This document shows, piece by piece, positions 11,191 to 22,954 of a stretch of DNA of 64,000 bases. Made by a program: the position numbers and the translations under genes. How positions within the stretch are numbered: position 1 is the stretch's first letter; each line of letters opens with the position of its first letter. The stretch is from Azolla caroliniana (Eukaryota > Plantae > Polypodiophyta), in assembly GCA_043228905.1 (NCBI GenBank), contig JBHGNT010000004.1, positions 17,298,001 through 17,362,000 of the forward strand, written 5' to 3'. The notes below the pieces were generated by a model. The model was given only the letters and a program-made list of their open reading frames with translations. It ran no database searches and was not told the origin of the DNA.

Positions 11191-12623
11191 CAACCAAAAA
11201 TGACCGGTGACGAAACCAACCATGCGGAGAACGGACGGACGAGACTAACAATCACCGACAATTTCGGCACATACCGGAGGATGTGCGGGTTCGGAGGGGG
11301 CGAGTGTCGTAGTGTATTTTGTACACTACGTGAAAAACTTATAAAGTACCGATTTAATAAATATGAATAAATAGTAGAAAATATTAAAATGTATATAACA
11401 TGCATAGGGCAAGATTCAAACCTTGCACCTCCATGTTAATAATGTAATGTCTTACCATTACACTAGCATTTCATTAGTGTTCAAAAATAGATGTTCCACA
11501 TAGAAAGGTAAGTTCACGCTAGGATAAACTTTAGAAAAACGCATAATAAAAGAAAAAGCTACACATGCCCATGTAGCGTGCATGAACACTATAGTCAATA
11601 AAAAAAAATGCACAAGTTAGAAAAAGCATGATCACTTTAGATAAAGCATATAGTCTATCTATAGAAAAAGCATGGAGTCTATAGTTAGAGAAAACGCATG
11701 GGTTGCAAAAGACTCTCTCATCTCTATATAAGGATGAGGAGCACAATGTAATAGGTGTGTGAAATATTTGGAAATTGGATATATTTCCGAAAACACCAAC
11801 CGATTAATATAATTGTGGGATTCACGAAAATAATATAATCTATACTTGTGGGATTCACAAGTTTCTTATATCTTTCTTTCAATCTAAATACATATTCTTA
11901 TCTAAATATTGATTAATCGAATACAATACACTCGTGGGATTCACGAAATTTCTATCTCTCTTTCTAATAATCTATTCATTACTAGCCTCATCTCCTATTC
12001 TTCTTTCTCCTAGTCCAAAACCTCAATGGTTCCCACCCGGCTCACACAAACGATCTGACGCCGAAAGGCACGACAACGTGATTTAAGGAATTTTATTCCT
12101 TTTTCATTGAAGACAAAATTGGCGATACCCCTTCTTTTTTTCCTATAAAAGGAGGTCGAGGGGGGCTCATTCGGGAGGACGTTTTTGGAGGAGGAGACTA
12201 TCGCTATTTTTCCTTAGGAGCTCTTCATCTTCTTCTTCACCACTTCTCTTCATCTCATACCCCTTCATCCCCTCATCACCATGTGCTCATCTTCTTCGCG
12301 TCGGTACTTGAAGTGCTTGTGAGCCCAAGCTTCGTTGATTTGACGTGGCTTCGCTCCATTCGTCGTTGCGAGCCCATGTGCTCGCCGTTTGGGTGGTCGT
12401 GGTTCGTTGAGGTTGGCATTTTAGTGGTGCTTGTGTGTTTATCTTCGCCATCTTAAGACTAATGTTGAACCGATTTGGTTCAAAATAATGCCTTGTGCCG
12501 CCTTTTATAGTGTTGTCAGGAGTACTCCTGAAGTTTCTAGAATGTTCTAGAGAACTCTAGAATATACATCAATTTCTTATAATAAAACTTAAATGAAAAT
12601 AATATTTTTCGTATAACAATATA

Positions 12624-12677
12624 TAGTCTAATGGTAAGAGCTCGACCCATGTAGTATAAGGTTATGGGTTCGAGTCT
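12624..12677 (+). promoter_or_regulatory. tRNA-like A-box/B-box module in G3 LTR, antisense to the element (second copy ~17877-17930)
   Basis: TAGTCTAATGGTAAGAG...AAGGTTATGGGTTCGAGTC. Confidence 0.6.
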
Positions 12678-12684
12678 TGCCATA

Positions 12685-15600
12685 TCATGACACTATCCCC
12701 CCTTTAAAACGATGAGTGTCACGAGTCGTTTTGGAGTGAGGACCTAGTTTGTGTGGATATTGACGATGGAAGTCTTCAAGAAGAGTACGAGCATTGATGA
12801 AATTCTCGATTGGTTCCCAAGTACGTTCGTTGGGACTATATCCTAGCCAATCGACTAGATAGTAGAGCTTGTTGCGAACAATCTTGGAATCAAGGATGGC
12901 GGCAACCTCGTACTCCGGTCCATCTTCAAGCTCAATCGGGGGTGGAGGTTGTATAATACGTCCTGGGATGGTGCTCTCGTGATAGGGTTCAAGGAGAGAA
13001 CTACGAAACACCGGATGTATCCGAAGTTGTGGAGGTAGATCGAGACGAAAAGCGACATCTTTAATGTTTTGGATAATACGGAAAGGACCTAATCGCTGAT
13101 AATCCAACTTCTCACATGGGCGAGTAGTCTTGATGTGTCGTCATAGCAGCCACACCCGATCTCCAATGTTAAAACTGGATGGAAGTCGATGACGATCCGC
13201 GTAGACCTTGTGTGTTTGTTGAGCTTCCTGGAGATGAGTAGATAAATCCGCTTGTATCTTGCGTAACCGCTCCAAACAATCCTCCGCGCAAGGATTTGTG
13301 GACACCTCTGGGGTTTCAAGTACACACCACCGAGGGTGACATCCCGTATAAGCATAAAATAACATAAGTTTAGTCGATGTGTGGATAGAGTTATTATAGG
13401 CAAATTCGGCGAAGTGGAGAATATCTGCCCAGTTATCGTGATGATAGCTGAGAAAGCACCGCAAATACTGCTCCAGCGTTTGATTTGTTCGTTCGGCTTG
13501 GTCGTCGGTTTGTGGGTGGTAGCCGGAGGAGAGGTTACAAGTGACCTTGAGCATTTTAAAAAGGTGCTTCCAGAATTTTGACGGTCGCAGATGAGGTCCA
13601 CGGTCGCAGATGATACTATCGGGAAGTCCATGATGCCAACATACTTCACGCATGACAACTTCGGCGGTGTCTTCACTGGAGATTTCCTTAGTACATGGCA
13701 AGAAATGAGCCATCTTCGTATATCGATCTACCACTGTTAGAATCACATTGAACCCCTTAGAGACTAGAAGATTTGTGATGAAGTCTAGAGCAATGGATTG
13801 CCACAACTTGCTTGGAATTGGTAATGGGTCTAATAAACCATATGGATGATGCCTTGGCATTTTCGCTCTGCAGCATGTATCACAAGTCTGAACAAAATCT
13901 TTGACAAATTGTCGCATACGGGGCCACCAGAATGATCGTTGTACTAAATCTAATGTTTTAGTACTACCAAAATGCCCAGATGTATGTGTCATGACAGTTT
14001 TGTACTACTCGAAGGCGGCAAGAACCATTAGGAACATACAAAAGTTCTTTAAAGAAGAGTAATCCATCATGGTATTTGAATTGCCGATAGTCCGTACCTG
14101 GTGGTTGCGACTGTGAACACGACGCTCGAGAGGGATCAATTTGTGCTAGTATAGCTTGGGCGAAAGCATCTGTCTTCAGGTCCGCACGTATGATATTGAT
14201 AACGTGGGAATCCATGGGCATGCCAAAGACCTGTGTTGCTTGCAGTCGTGCCGGTCCCAAGATTACTTGCTTTTGGTTATCGAAAGCTGGTTTGCCTGGA
14301 CGCGGTGCTAGGTAGGAACGCCGTGATAATGCATCTGCTTTCCCTTGATGCTTCCCAGGTCGATATGTAATCTTGAAATCGAAACGCGTGAGAAAATGGG
14401 CCCACCAAGCTTGATGTCGATTTAACACACGAGTGTCCTGAAAATAGGCGAGGTTTTTGTGGTCACTGAATACAGTGACTTGATGAAAAGATCCCTCTAG
14501 AAAATGCCTCCATTGCTTAAAAGAGTTCACTATAGCCAATAGCCCATTGCTTAAAAGAGTCCACTATAGCCAATAGCTCTTTATCATGAATTTCGTAGTT
14601 GATTTCGGCGGCGTCAAACTTGCGTGAGTGAAAAGCCACAAGATGTAGCTTTTCATCATTACCTCGTTGTGATAGAATGCTCCCCAATGCAAAATCCGAT
14701 GCGTCCGCCTCGATGATGAATGGTTTTTCTGGATCAACGTGAGCTAGAATCGGAGCCAATGTAAATGCCTTTTTAAGATTCTCAAAAGCCATGTCCGCTT
14801 CTTCAGACCAAACGAACGATTGTCCCTTCCTAGTAAGTTGTGTAAGAGGCAAAACGAGCTTTGAGTAATCCTTTATAAACTTCTGGTAAAAATTGGCAAA
14901 GCCTAGAAAGCATTGCACATCCCGCATCAAACGCGGAGTCTACCATTCTACCACTGTTTTGACCTTAGCTGGGTCCATGGAGATGCCTTCTGAGGAAATG
15001 ACATAGCCGAGAAATTCCACCTGGTTGCACCCGAAACTACATTTTTCTAGCTTTGCATAAAGACCATGTTCTCGAAGTCGTTTTAGTACTAACAGTACAT
15101 GACAATCCTGCTCTTCTTAGGTCTTTGAGTAAACCAGTAGATCATCCAAATAGATGACTAGACACACATCCAAGAGATCTCGGAAAATATCATTTGCCAT
15201 GTGTTGGAAGACTACTGGCGTATTAGTGAGGCCGAATGGCATGACTGTATACTCGAAGTGCCCATATCTGGTGCGAAACGCGGTCTTCCATTCATCTCCT
15301 GGTCGGATGTACGAGGTTATAGGCTCCCCGTAAGTCGATCTTCGTGAAGAACCTGGCACCATTGATTCGTTCTAAAAGACTTGAGATAAGGGGGAGTGCA
15401 TACCTATTTCGGTTTGTAACCTTATTCAAGACACGGTAATCTACAACAAGACGAAGTGAGCCATCCTTTTTCTTGACGAAGAAAATGGGTGCGCAGGCTG
15501 GAGATTTCAAATGTCGTATGAAACCATTCTCCAAATTCTCCTCTATATAGGCTCGAAGGACTTCCAGTTCGGTTCGTGACAGATTGTAGATCAGTCCCCA

Positions 15601-16300
15601 TGGTGGCTCTTTCCCTGGTTGTAAATCGATGGGGTAATCATATGGTCGATGGTGAGGAAGTGTATTGGCTTGTACTTTATCAAACACATCGGCATAATGA
15701 CGATACTTCTCTGGAAGTTGAACGGTGGATTCCTCTTTAGTGGTGCTAGAGGGTTTTACTGATATTGCGAAGAGGAACATTTCTTCCTTGCATCCTTCCT
15801 CACGCAACTGATGTAGTGAAATCATTGCAATCTCATGAGTAGACCCTTGGGCTTCTCGATGCTGGATTTCTCTTGTCCGCCAATCTATGTCTAGGTTATG
15901 TAATTCGAACCATGGTAATCCTAAGACAATGGGGTGTTTTGGGATGCTAATTATATTAAATGATATGACACATGCTAGATTATCTAGGGCAATATTAACG
16001 GGCTCTGATTCTTCTATGATATTTCCGAAAGCAATGGGACAACCATCAATGACTACTACAGAAGCAGGACATAGGAGTTTTCTGAGAGATATTTGATGAG
16101 CTTGGGCAAATTTCCTATCCATGAAGCAAGAATTAGCTCCGGAATCTAGAAGTGCTAAGACATGTACTGGAGGGGTACTTTTAGTACTAACTGTTACTTG
16201 GACTACGAACACATTGCTAACTTGCTTAGAGGGAATGGAACCACTAATGGGCTGCATAGATCTAGGGCTGTCCAACCAAACGACTCCTATTTTGGTTGGA
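12685..16300 (-). pseudogene. G3 pol (PR-RT-RH-INT-chromodomain), frameshifted
   Basis: Fragmented ORFs 15292-16275, 15117-15362, 14517-14930, 13964-14539, 13141-13992 and 12685-13107. Confidence 0.9.
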
Positions 16301-16301
16301 C

Positions 16302-17435
16302 TTAGTCGTTTAACTCTTCTTCTAACTGATTAAGGACATCAAATTTGTTCGCTAGATTTGGGCTATTAGTACTATTAGGACTATCAGATATCCCTACTAA
16401 AATAGACTCGGGTTTAGTACAATCAGAACTAGCAACTATTTGGTTTACCTGCCTTCTTGGCCTATGGGGACAGTTTACCGTGATATGCCCTGGTCCATCG
16501 CAATAAAGACATAGTCGGTTTGCTCGGCGTCGTTGCTTTTCTTCTTCCGATAGCGGTCCACAACGATGTGTGGTGTCAATTTCCATCGGAGTTGGAGTAC
16601 TTACTGGAGGCGCATTATATGACTCCCTCAGAAAAGGTTTCGCTACCACTAAGGCGTAGGTAGGCTCTAATCTTGCCCTCGGAATCTGGAATTGTCGTTC
16701 CGAACATCTTTCGAAGAGGCGGTTGTCGCATCTCACCGCGCGACTGATTGCTTCTGTTAATGACTTTGGCTCTTCGGGGAAGGTCAAGAGTAAATCGTTG
16801 ACATCGTTGCGTAAGCCATAACGAAATTGCTCCATCAATGTGTGATCATCCCAAGGGATATCGGCAGCGAGTAGGCGGAAATCTGCAGCATATGCGGAGG
16901 CTGGACGATCACCTTGGCGTAATCGCCGGATTTTGTTGATTGCAGTCCTTATGCTGTTAGTATCTCCAAAACAGGCTTTAAACTCACTTATAAATTCTTC
17001 AAAACTGTTTAGTAATGGAGATTCCTTTTCCAACAATGGAGCAAACCATGCTAACGTTGAGCCACTAAGGAGAGTGCCTACTAGTCCCACTCGTGATGCA
17101 TCGGTGGGATATCGAGAAGGATGCATTTGTATCACTAAACGTACCTGATTCAAAAACCCTCTAAACTGTGATCGGGTCCCATCAAATTTTGCAGGAAGAT
17201 CGATCTTGGGTTCTTTGTGAATCCCTTGAGTGCTTGATCCTTGTTGTAATGATATGATAGTCGCTTCGAGTTGTTGTACACGTAACGCCAGCTCCCCATG
17301 TTGTTTTTCCAACGCTATTTGTTGAAGATCCCCCAACAAACGATGATTTTCTTGTTCTAGTGCTACAAATTTCTCTTTTAAGCATTGGAGCTCTGAGAAA
17401 ATATTTTGGTACTCCTGAGCGCTAACAGTTTCCAT
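16302..17435 (-). CDS. G3 Gag (377 aa)
   Basis: Retrotransposon gag motifs (PAKFDG, LRQG, TPMEID) and zinc knuckle CLYCDGPGHITVNC. Confidence 0.88.
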   Translation of the reverse strand: METVSAQEYQNIFSELQCLKEKFVALEQENHRLLGDLQQIALEKQHGELALRVQQLEATIISLQQGSSTQGIHKEPKIDLPAKFDGTRSQFRGFLNQVRLVIQMHPSRYPTDASRVGLVGTLLSGSTLAWFAPLLEKESPLLNSFEEFISEFKACFGDTNSIRTAINKIRRLRQGDRPASAYAADFRLLAADIPWDDHTLMEQFRYGLRNDVNDLLLTFPEEPKSLTEAISRAVRCDNRLFERCSERQFQIPRARLEPTYALVVAKPFLRESYNAPPVSTPTPMEIDTTHRCGPLSEEEKQRRRANRLCLYCDGPGHITVNCPHRPRRQVNQIVASSDCTKPESILVGISDSPNSTNSPNLANKFDVLNQLEEELND

Positions 17436-18129
17436 TTTACTAGGGAGGATAAGAGGATTAATAAGAAGATAAAAGGAAGAGGAGGAGAGGAAGATACGGA
17501 AAGAAGAACGACCAAAATCGGTTCAAACTGTCAGGAACAGTACTAAGACAAAGAAGGAATTAGTACTAAAAGAAGTATTAGCACTAAGAGAGGTGAAGAA
17601 CTCTCGAGAGAAGGAAAGAGTGAGTGAGAGGGAGGGAGAGAGAGAGAGTGATGATAAGAAAAGATATATATTATGTGAAGAGAATGTACAGTAATAGCTA
17701 GGAGGCTTAAGACTGGCGTTCAACCGATTTGGTTCGAAATAAAGCCTTGTGCCTCCTTTTATAGTGTTGTTAGGAGTACTCCTGAAGTTTCTAGAATGTT
17801 CTAGAGAACTCTAGAATATACATCAATTTCCTATAATAAAACTTAAATGAAAATAATGTATTTTGTATACAATACATAATCTAATGGTAAGAGCTCGACC
17901 CATGTAGTATAAGGTCATGGGTTCGAGTCTTGCTATATCATGACACGCCGTGGTCAGTTTTGCTCTTGTCCCTAAGGGCATTTAGTATTTATGTTTGATT
18001 AAGCCGGTGGTTAGCTAGAAGTTGCTATTGTAATCAAACCTTATTTATAAAGGGGCCTCTTGCGTTGGAATCGAACAGGTATTTACTCCTTTGGCCGATA
18101 TTATTCATGTTTGTGTTATCGTCCCCTTG

Positions 18130-18578
18130 GGTTTGTAGAGAGAGTTCTTAGAGAGAGTTCGTAGAGTGGGTTCGAAGAGAGGATTCGTGGAGAGAGTTCG
18201 TAGAGTGGGTTCGCAGAGAGGATTCGTAGAGAGAGTTCGTAGAGTGAAGATTCGTAGAGTGAGGATTTGTAGAGTGAAGATTCGTAGAGTGTTCGAAGAG
18301 AGGATTCATAGAGTGGGTTCACAGAGAGGATTCGTAGAGTGAAGATTCGTAGAGAGGATTCATAGAGAGAGTTCATAGAGAGAGTTCAAAGAGTGAAGAT
18401 TCGTAGAGAGAGTTCGTAGAGTGAGGATTCGTAGAGTGAGGATTCGTAGAGTGAGGATTTGTAAAGTGAAGATTCGTAGAGTGAAGATTCGTAGAGTGAG
18501 GATTCGATTCGTAGAGTGAAGATTCGTAGAGTGAGGATTCGTAGAGCGAGGATTCGTAGAGTGAAGATTCGTAGAGTG
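18130..18578. repeat. Minisatellite in G1 3' LTR
   Basis: Same units as 1991-2374, with different length and order. Confidence 0.95.
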
Positions 18579-20299
18579 CTTTATATTTATAAGATTTAAA
18601 ATAAATAAATAAATAAATATTTATCCCTTGAGTACTCCCTAGTCCAAGACCTCCGTGGTCCCGCCCAAGTAACACACGCGCGCGAAACTTTGCGACACCG
18701 GTCCTTGGGATTTTCCACAATAATACATGACTCATTCTTTTGGAGACCGTTCATTTCATCTTCCATTGCTTGGTCCCACTTGTCGGCATCGTGTCCATTT
18801 AAAGCGTCTTCAACATTTAGGGGCCATCACAATCGATCGAATCTTCATTGTCAAATAGTTTCAAGACGGTCAGAATAAGTGGGATCAAGATTAGGGAAAT
18901 GAACTTCAAGGTCATCAAGTTCTTCGTAAATATCGGTGACACTTCAATACTTTTTCTGTTTTGTTAATGTGGTTGTCGGGTTATTTTCTGTACACATAAC
19001 GTAGGTGAGGGTAGGTCACTGATATTTACATAAGTGATGTGTATGTTCACTAATGTTAAAAAGGGGACTAATGTGATTGGATAGAAGGAATGATAGGTGC
19101 ATGCAATATCATGATTTGGACAACCAATGAATGGATAGCCTTTTAGAAAGGCACATCTATTCAAGGGGCCTAAGAAGAGGTATAAATACGATGCTTAGCT
19201 ACCCTCATAAGTACATTACGTCTTAGACATTGGTGGTGTGGGCTAGGGTTTCGTCTCGACGATCATTTTATCTCTTCCAAGGTATTAGTCATGCTAATAT
19301 TCGGCGGTATGAGATGTCGGCGGTAGGTTGGTTATGTCTAGATCATAGCTCGGGGGTGGTTGGGTGGAATGGGTTCTTCTTTCCAATCTATTTTCCTTCT
19401 GTTTACTTTATTCTGGTCTATTGATTAGTAATAGACTCTTAACATGTTAGGTGACGTGCTTTTTATAGTTGTGGGTGAGTGTGAAAGGATAGAAGAACTA
19501 CTTCGTGTATTTGAGTGAGAAGGGGGAGATTGGTAATGAGAAGATGAGGAGATGTGGGTAGTTATTTTGATGGGCAAGTGTGAATTAGTAATAGATGTAG
19601 GAATAGGGGTAGGAGTAGAAATAAACAAAGAGGAAAAGTAAAGAATTGTGAAGAAACATGGGAGGGAGAGCGCGCAAAATAGTTTTTCAAATCAACGTGG
19701 AGATGTTGAGGGTTGCTATTTAGTGGAAGATCGTGAGAGATTGGTTAAGCCATGGATGCACACTAGATCCGATTCACGTCGTCTATTCATTCTTCGCAAG
19801 CGTCTGTTGTTGATTGTTGTGACTCCTCAAATCTCTATAGTCCTCTATATAAGGGCTCTACTTGCATCTTTTCGAGGTAATAATTGGAAATATTCCTCTT
19901 TTTCTTATTAGGTTGTAAAGGTTCATTTCTCAATGTAGTGCCCGAGTTTATTTTCAGAGTATCCTATATGAGTGAAAGTTGTAGCATTGATGGGTAATGG
20001 AGCAGATGTTGTAACGGTAGCGTGGGAGCGATTTTGATTTTCTTCTTGGACTGGTGTTGACAAGGTGGGATCTTTTACATGTGGTTTATGTCCATACCAT
20101 AACTCGTATCGTGTCACTAATCCTATTGTTGAGTATGAGGTGCTGAAATGCGATGGCGGATTCCTTGGGCTTGGTATAATTCGTTAAATGCCCTAGAACA
20201 ATATTCACACCCACCATTGGTTTGTAGTTGTTGAATGGATCTTTGTGTCCGGTGACTAGTGGATGTGTGACGTATTTTTTTCTAGTCAACTATAATATT

Positions 20300-21640
20300 C
20301 AGACAAGGCCTTGGGGAGGAAGGCACGAAACAAGAATAAATGATGGGTCGAAGTGCCTTGACCAAGGATATAGGCGGGATGAAGGTGGCACATGCATTAG
20401 ACATGATGGGTTATGCTCATGAGGAGCACAAAATGAACGAAGAATATGGTGGATCGGATGGCGAAAATGGTTCGGGTGGAAGGAATGGACATGCTCAAAA
20501 TGGAAAGACAAAGTCAACATAGCGGGATAAATGGAGGGTACTACGGATGAAGGAGAATAACGAGCTCCGACAACTTCGACACATACCGGAGGATGTGAAG
20601 GTTCGGAGGGGGCGAGTCTCGTAGTGTAATTCGTACACTACGTGAAAAACGTATGGAATGCCCGATTGAATAAGTATAAAGAAATAGGAGAAAATATTAA
20701 AATATATGTTACATGCATAGGACAACATTCAAACCCTATACCTCCATGTTCATAATTTCAACCCTTACCATTGTACTAACACATCAAGTATATTAGAAAA
20801 ATAGATTTTCAATATACAAAAGTTCATCCTTACGCATATTTCCTAGGAAAAAGCTACTCATGCACATCTAGTGTGCGTGAATACTTTTAGAAAAAGCATG
20901 ATAGAAAGAAAGCATAAAGTTTAGAAAAAGCATAAAGTCCATAGTTAGAAAAAGCATGAAGTTAGAAAAAAGCATTAAGTTAGAAAAAGCATGGATTGCT
21001 ATGTGCTAAGCCTCTCCCATCCTTATATTGTATAAGGATGGGAGCAAGATGTATTTGGGAGTGAAAATTTTGAGTGTGATAGATTTTGTAGTAAAAATTC
21101 TTGGGTATTATTAGGGTTTTAAACATAGTACGTAAAATTTGTGTTCATCTAGCATAACGTTCGTTTTCCTATGTTGGAAAACGAATGCGAATGTTATTCA
21201 AACATTCTTGTGTTTTTTTCCCATTTTTTTAATGTTTTTTTCCATTTAAAGCTTATTTACCTCATAATAAATAGTTAATCCAAAAGTATGGTATTTGTCA
21301 TTCTTTGAGAGTGTTTTTCTTACGTGAATGATTGAAACATTCGCGAATGCGAATGCGCGTATGGTTCATAATATGGTTTTAAATATGGATTAATCTAATA
21401 AACTATACTCGTGGGATTCATGAGGTTTTCTATATCTCTCTCTTTCAATCTAAATTCATATTCTTATTTAAATATTGATTAATAAAATACATTATACTCG
21501 TGGGATTCATGAGTTTTCTATCTCTCTCTCTCACAATCTATTCATAACTAGATTTGTTTTAAAATTTTCATTCTCCTAGTCCAGAACCTCGACGGTTTCC
21601 ACCTGACTCACACAATGATCCAGCGCCGAAAGGCATGACA
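20300..21640 (+). mobile_element. 5'-truncated relative of G2: ORF tail + PPT + LTR (20617-21640)
   Basis: ~20430-20616 aligns to the G2 3' internal region; LTR end GAAAGGCATGACA matches G2; repeated TAGAAAAAGCAT motifs at ~20888-20992. Confidence 0.8.
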
Positions 21641-21643
21641 ACG

Positions 21644-21976
21644 TGTTGAGAATCAAACTTAACCTTAGGAATACCCAAATGTGTGAACATCCCACCTGCT
21701 TGTATCATAAACTAAGTGGCATAGAAGTTAAGTCCAATGACACATATTCAGTACATAGTTAAGTCTCCACCTCTTTTCGAAGTGGTGGTTGTAGTGAAAG
21801 AACATAAAGGGAAGGTGACTACATAAGCATCTTGTCCTCTTTGTAACGATTGGCTATTATTCTTGTTAATACGGTTTTACTATTTTCTGTATACTCTGTG
21901 TTTTCCCTCTCTGTCTCTCTCTCTCTCACACACACATACACATTCCGTTGCACAGAATCATATCCGATTCTTTACA
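21644..21976 (+). mobile_element. Solo Copia-type LTR
   Basis: TGTTGAGAATCAAAC...CGATTCTTTACA, similar to the LTR at 59847-60231; TSD unclear. Confidence 0.65.
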
Positions 21977-22353
21977 CAGTGAAAATCTTCTTCAAAATTT
22001 CCACGCCTCCTTCGGCGTTTTTGCATCATGAATATATCCCAGCATTTGATCGTGCACACAAGATGCATGGCAGTACAAGATTCTACTTGCTCCTTCCCAA
22101 ACTGGAAAATCCTTGTGTGTTGATTCAAGTGCTACTTCGTTTTCTCCCTAGATGTAACTCCAGTAGCCATGCCTGAGCAGGTACTAATGCATTTTGTATT
22201 CCCAAGACATGTAGTTGCTTCTATCTAACTTTTTTGTCGGAAGAGCACCACCCATTCCTTTGTCCATGTTCCTGTTCTTTCTTCTCTGGAACCTTGCTGA
22301 TTATTGTTGCTAGTAAGCTACGTCCATTGCGGAGGATGCTTCTCAACCCTCAC

Positions 22354-22862
22354 GCTTTGATGCCATGTAAAAGTTTAAATGCCGAAGCTTATGAATCGAC
22401 TGTCAGTCAGTTATCCGAAAGTTGAAAAAGAAGAGTTCGTTAACACAGAACACAGAGTACGAGAAAAAGAGAGAGAGACTAAGTGAGAGCAAACAACAAA
22501 AAATTCTATTATAGATAGAAATGCACAATACAACAATAGGCTCAAATGCACTTTATATATACAAGCCCATTTGATAGGGCGGGGTCTTCAATGCTATTAA
22601 AGGTGCCCTTAACACTAACTGCCTATATTAGGCCTATTTACTAGATAGGTCTAATCGGCACGTGTGACGTTCCGGATCCGACATCCGGTCCGTCAACTGG
22701 ATCCAGTATTCGACTTCTTCAGCCGATCCGACATTCGGTTCATAACCCATTTTGGAGCTTAGGCTTATCAGCCTAAGTGGGCCTAGCCAACCGGATCGAT
22801 TCGAGTATTGCCTACTTGCTTGTCCAACCGGTCCGGCCCATGTTGAGCTTGCTCGTTCAACA
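22354..22862 (-). mobile_element. Copia 5' LTR (22366-22862) + iMet-type PBS remnant, related to the element at 43658
   Basis: Minus strand TGTTGAACGAGCAAGCTCAAC...TTTTACA, then TGGCATCAAAGCGTGAGGGTTGAG. Confidence 0.7.
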
Positions 22863-22954
22863 CATTTCTTCCTTGGAGTACATGTTGTTTGGATTGTCTC
22901 GATCAATCCAAGAAAATGTGTTGTATTGTGTTTTGCTTGTTGTCCCTTAGAGAA

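Larger units (their letters stand above)
8469..12075 (+). mobile_element. Non-autonomous Gag-only LTR element (TR-GAG-like, element G2) inserted in the G1 3' LTR
   Basis: Near-identical LTRs 8469-9238 and 11305-12075; TSD ACGT (8465-8468 / 12076-12079); PBS TGGTGAACTTGACGTGAA (9243-9260); PPT before 11305; single ORF with no PR/RT/INT. Confidence 0.92.
12451..17945 (-). mobile_element. Ty3/Gypsy chromovirus (Tcn1-like, element G3) inserted in the G1 3' LTR
   Basis: ~240-bp LTRs 12451-12692 and 17705-17945; TSD CGCCA/CGCCG; PPT AAAGGGGGGATAG; PR LLDSGA, RT YLDD, RNase H, INT and C-terminal chromodomain (YEVAAILD...YYLVDWLGY...TWEP). Confidence 0.93.
1159..18697 (+). mobile_element. Ty3/Gypsy non-chromovirus LTR retrotransposon (element G1), full length but degenerate, with a twice-interrupted 3' LTR
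   Basis: LTR termini TGTCGTG...GCGACA; 4-bp TSD CCGG (1155-1158 / 18698-18701); tRNA-Trp PBS; gag-PR-RT-RH-INT order; G-rich PPT before 8149. Confidence 0.93.
230..20290 (-). mobile_element. Degenerate Ty1/Copia internal region (INT-RT remnants), interrupted by the Gypsy nest at 1159-18697
   Basis: Minus-strand translation gives KA*LVARGFLQVPGIEFKVTFSP (~1020-1090) and FPNHVCRLRKPIYG (~825-870). KWDQAMEDEMNGLQKN...NPKDR (18698-18782) joins KIVTCKWVL (left of 1155) across the CCGG TSD. Integrase-like RYELWYGHKP lies near 20090. Outer boundaries are approximate. Confidence 0.75.

Noticed and set aside
12617-12690. Bona fide tRNA gene in the LTR (likewise at 1369 and 8573)
   Set aside because: No acceptor or anticodon stem can be formed; reported only as a tRNA-like promoter module.
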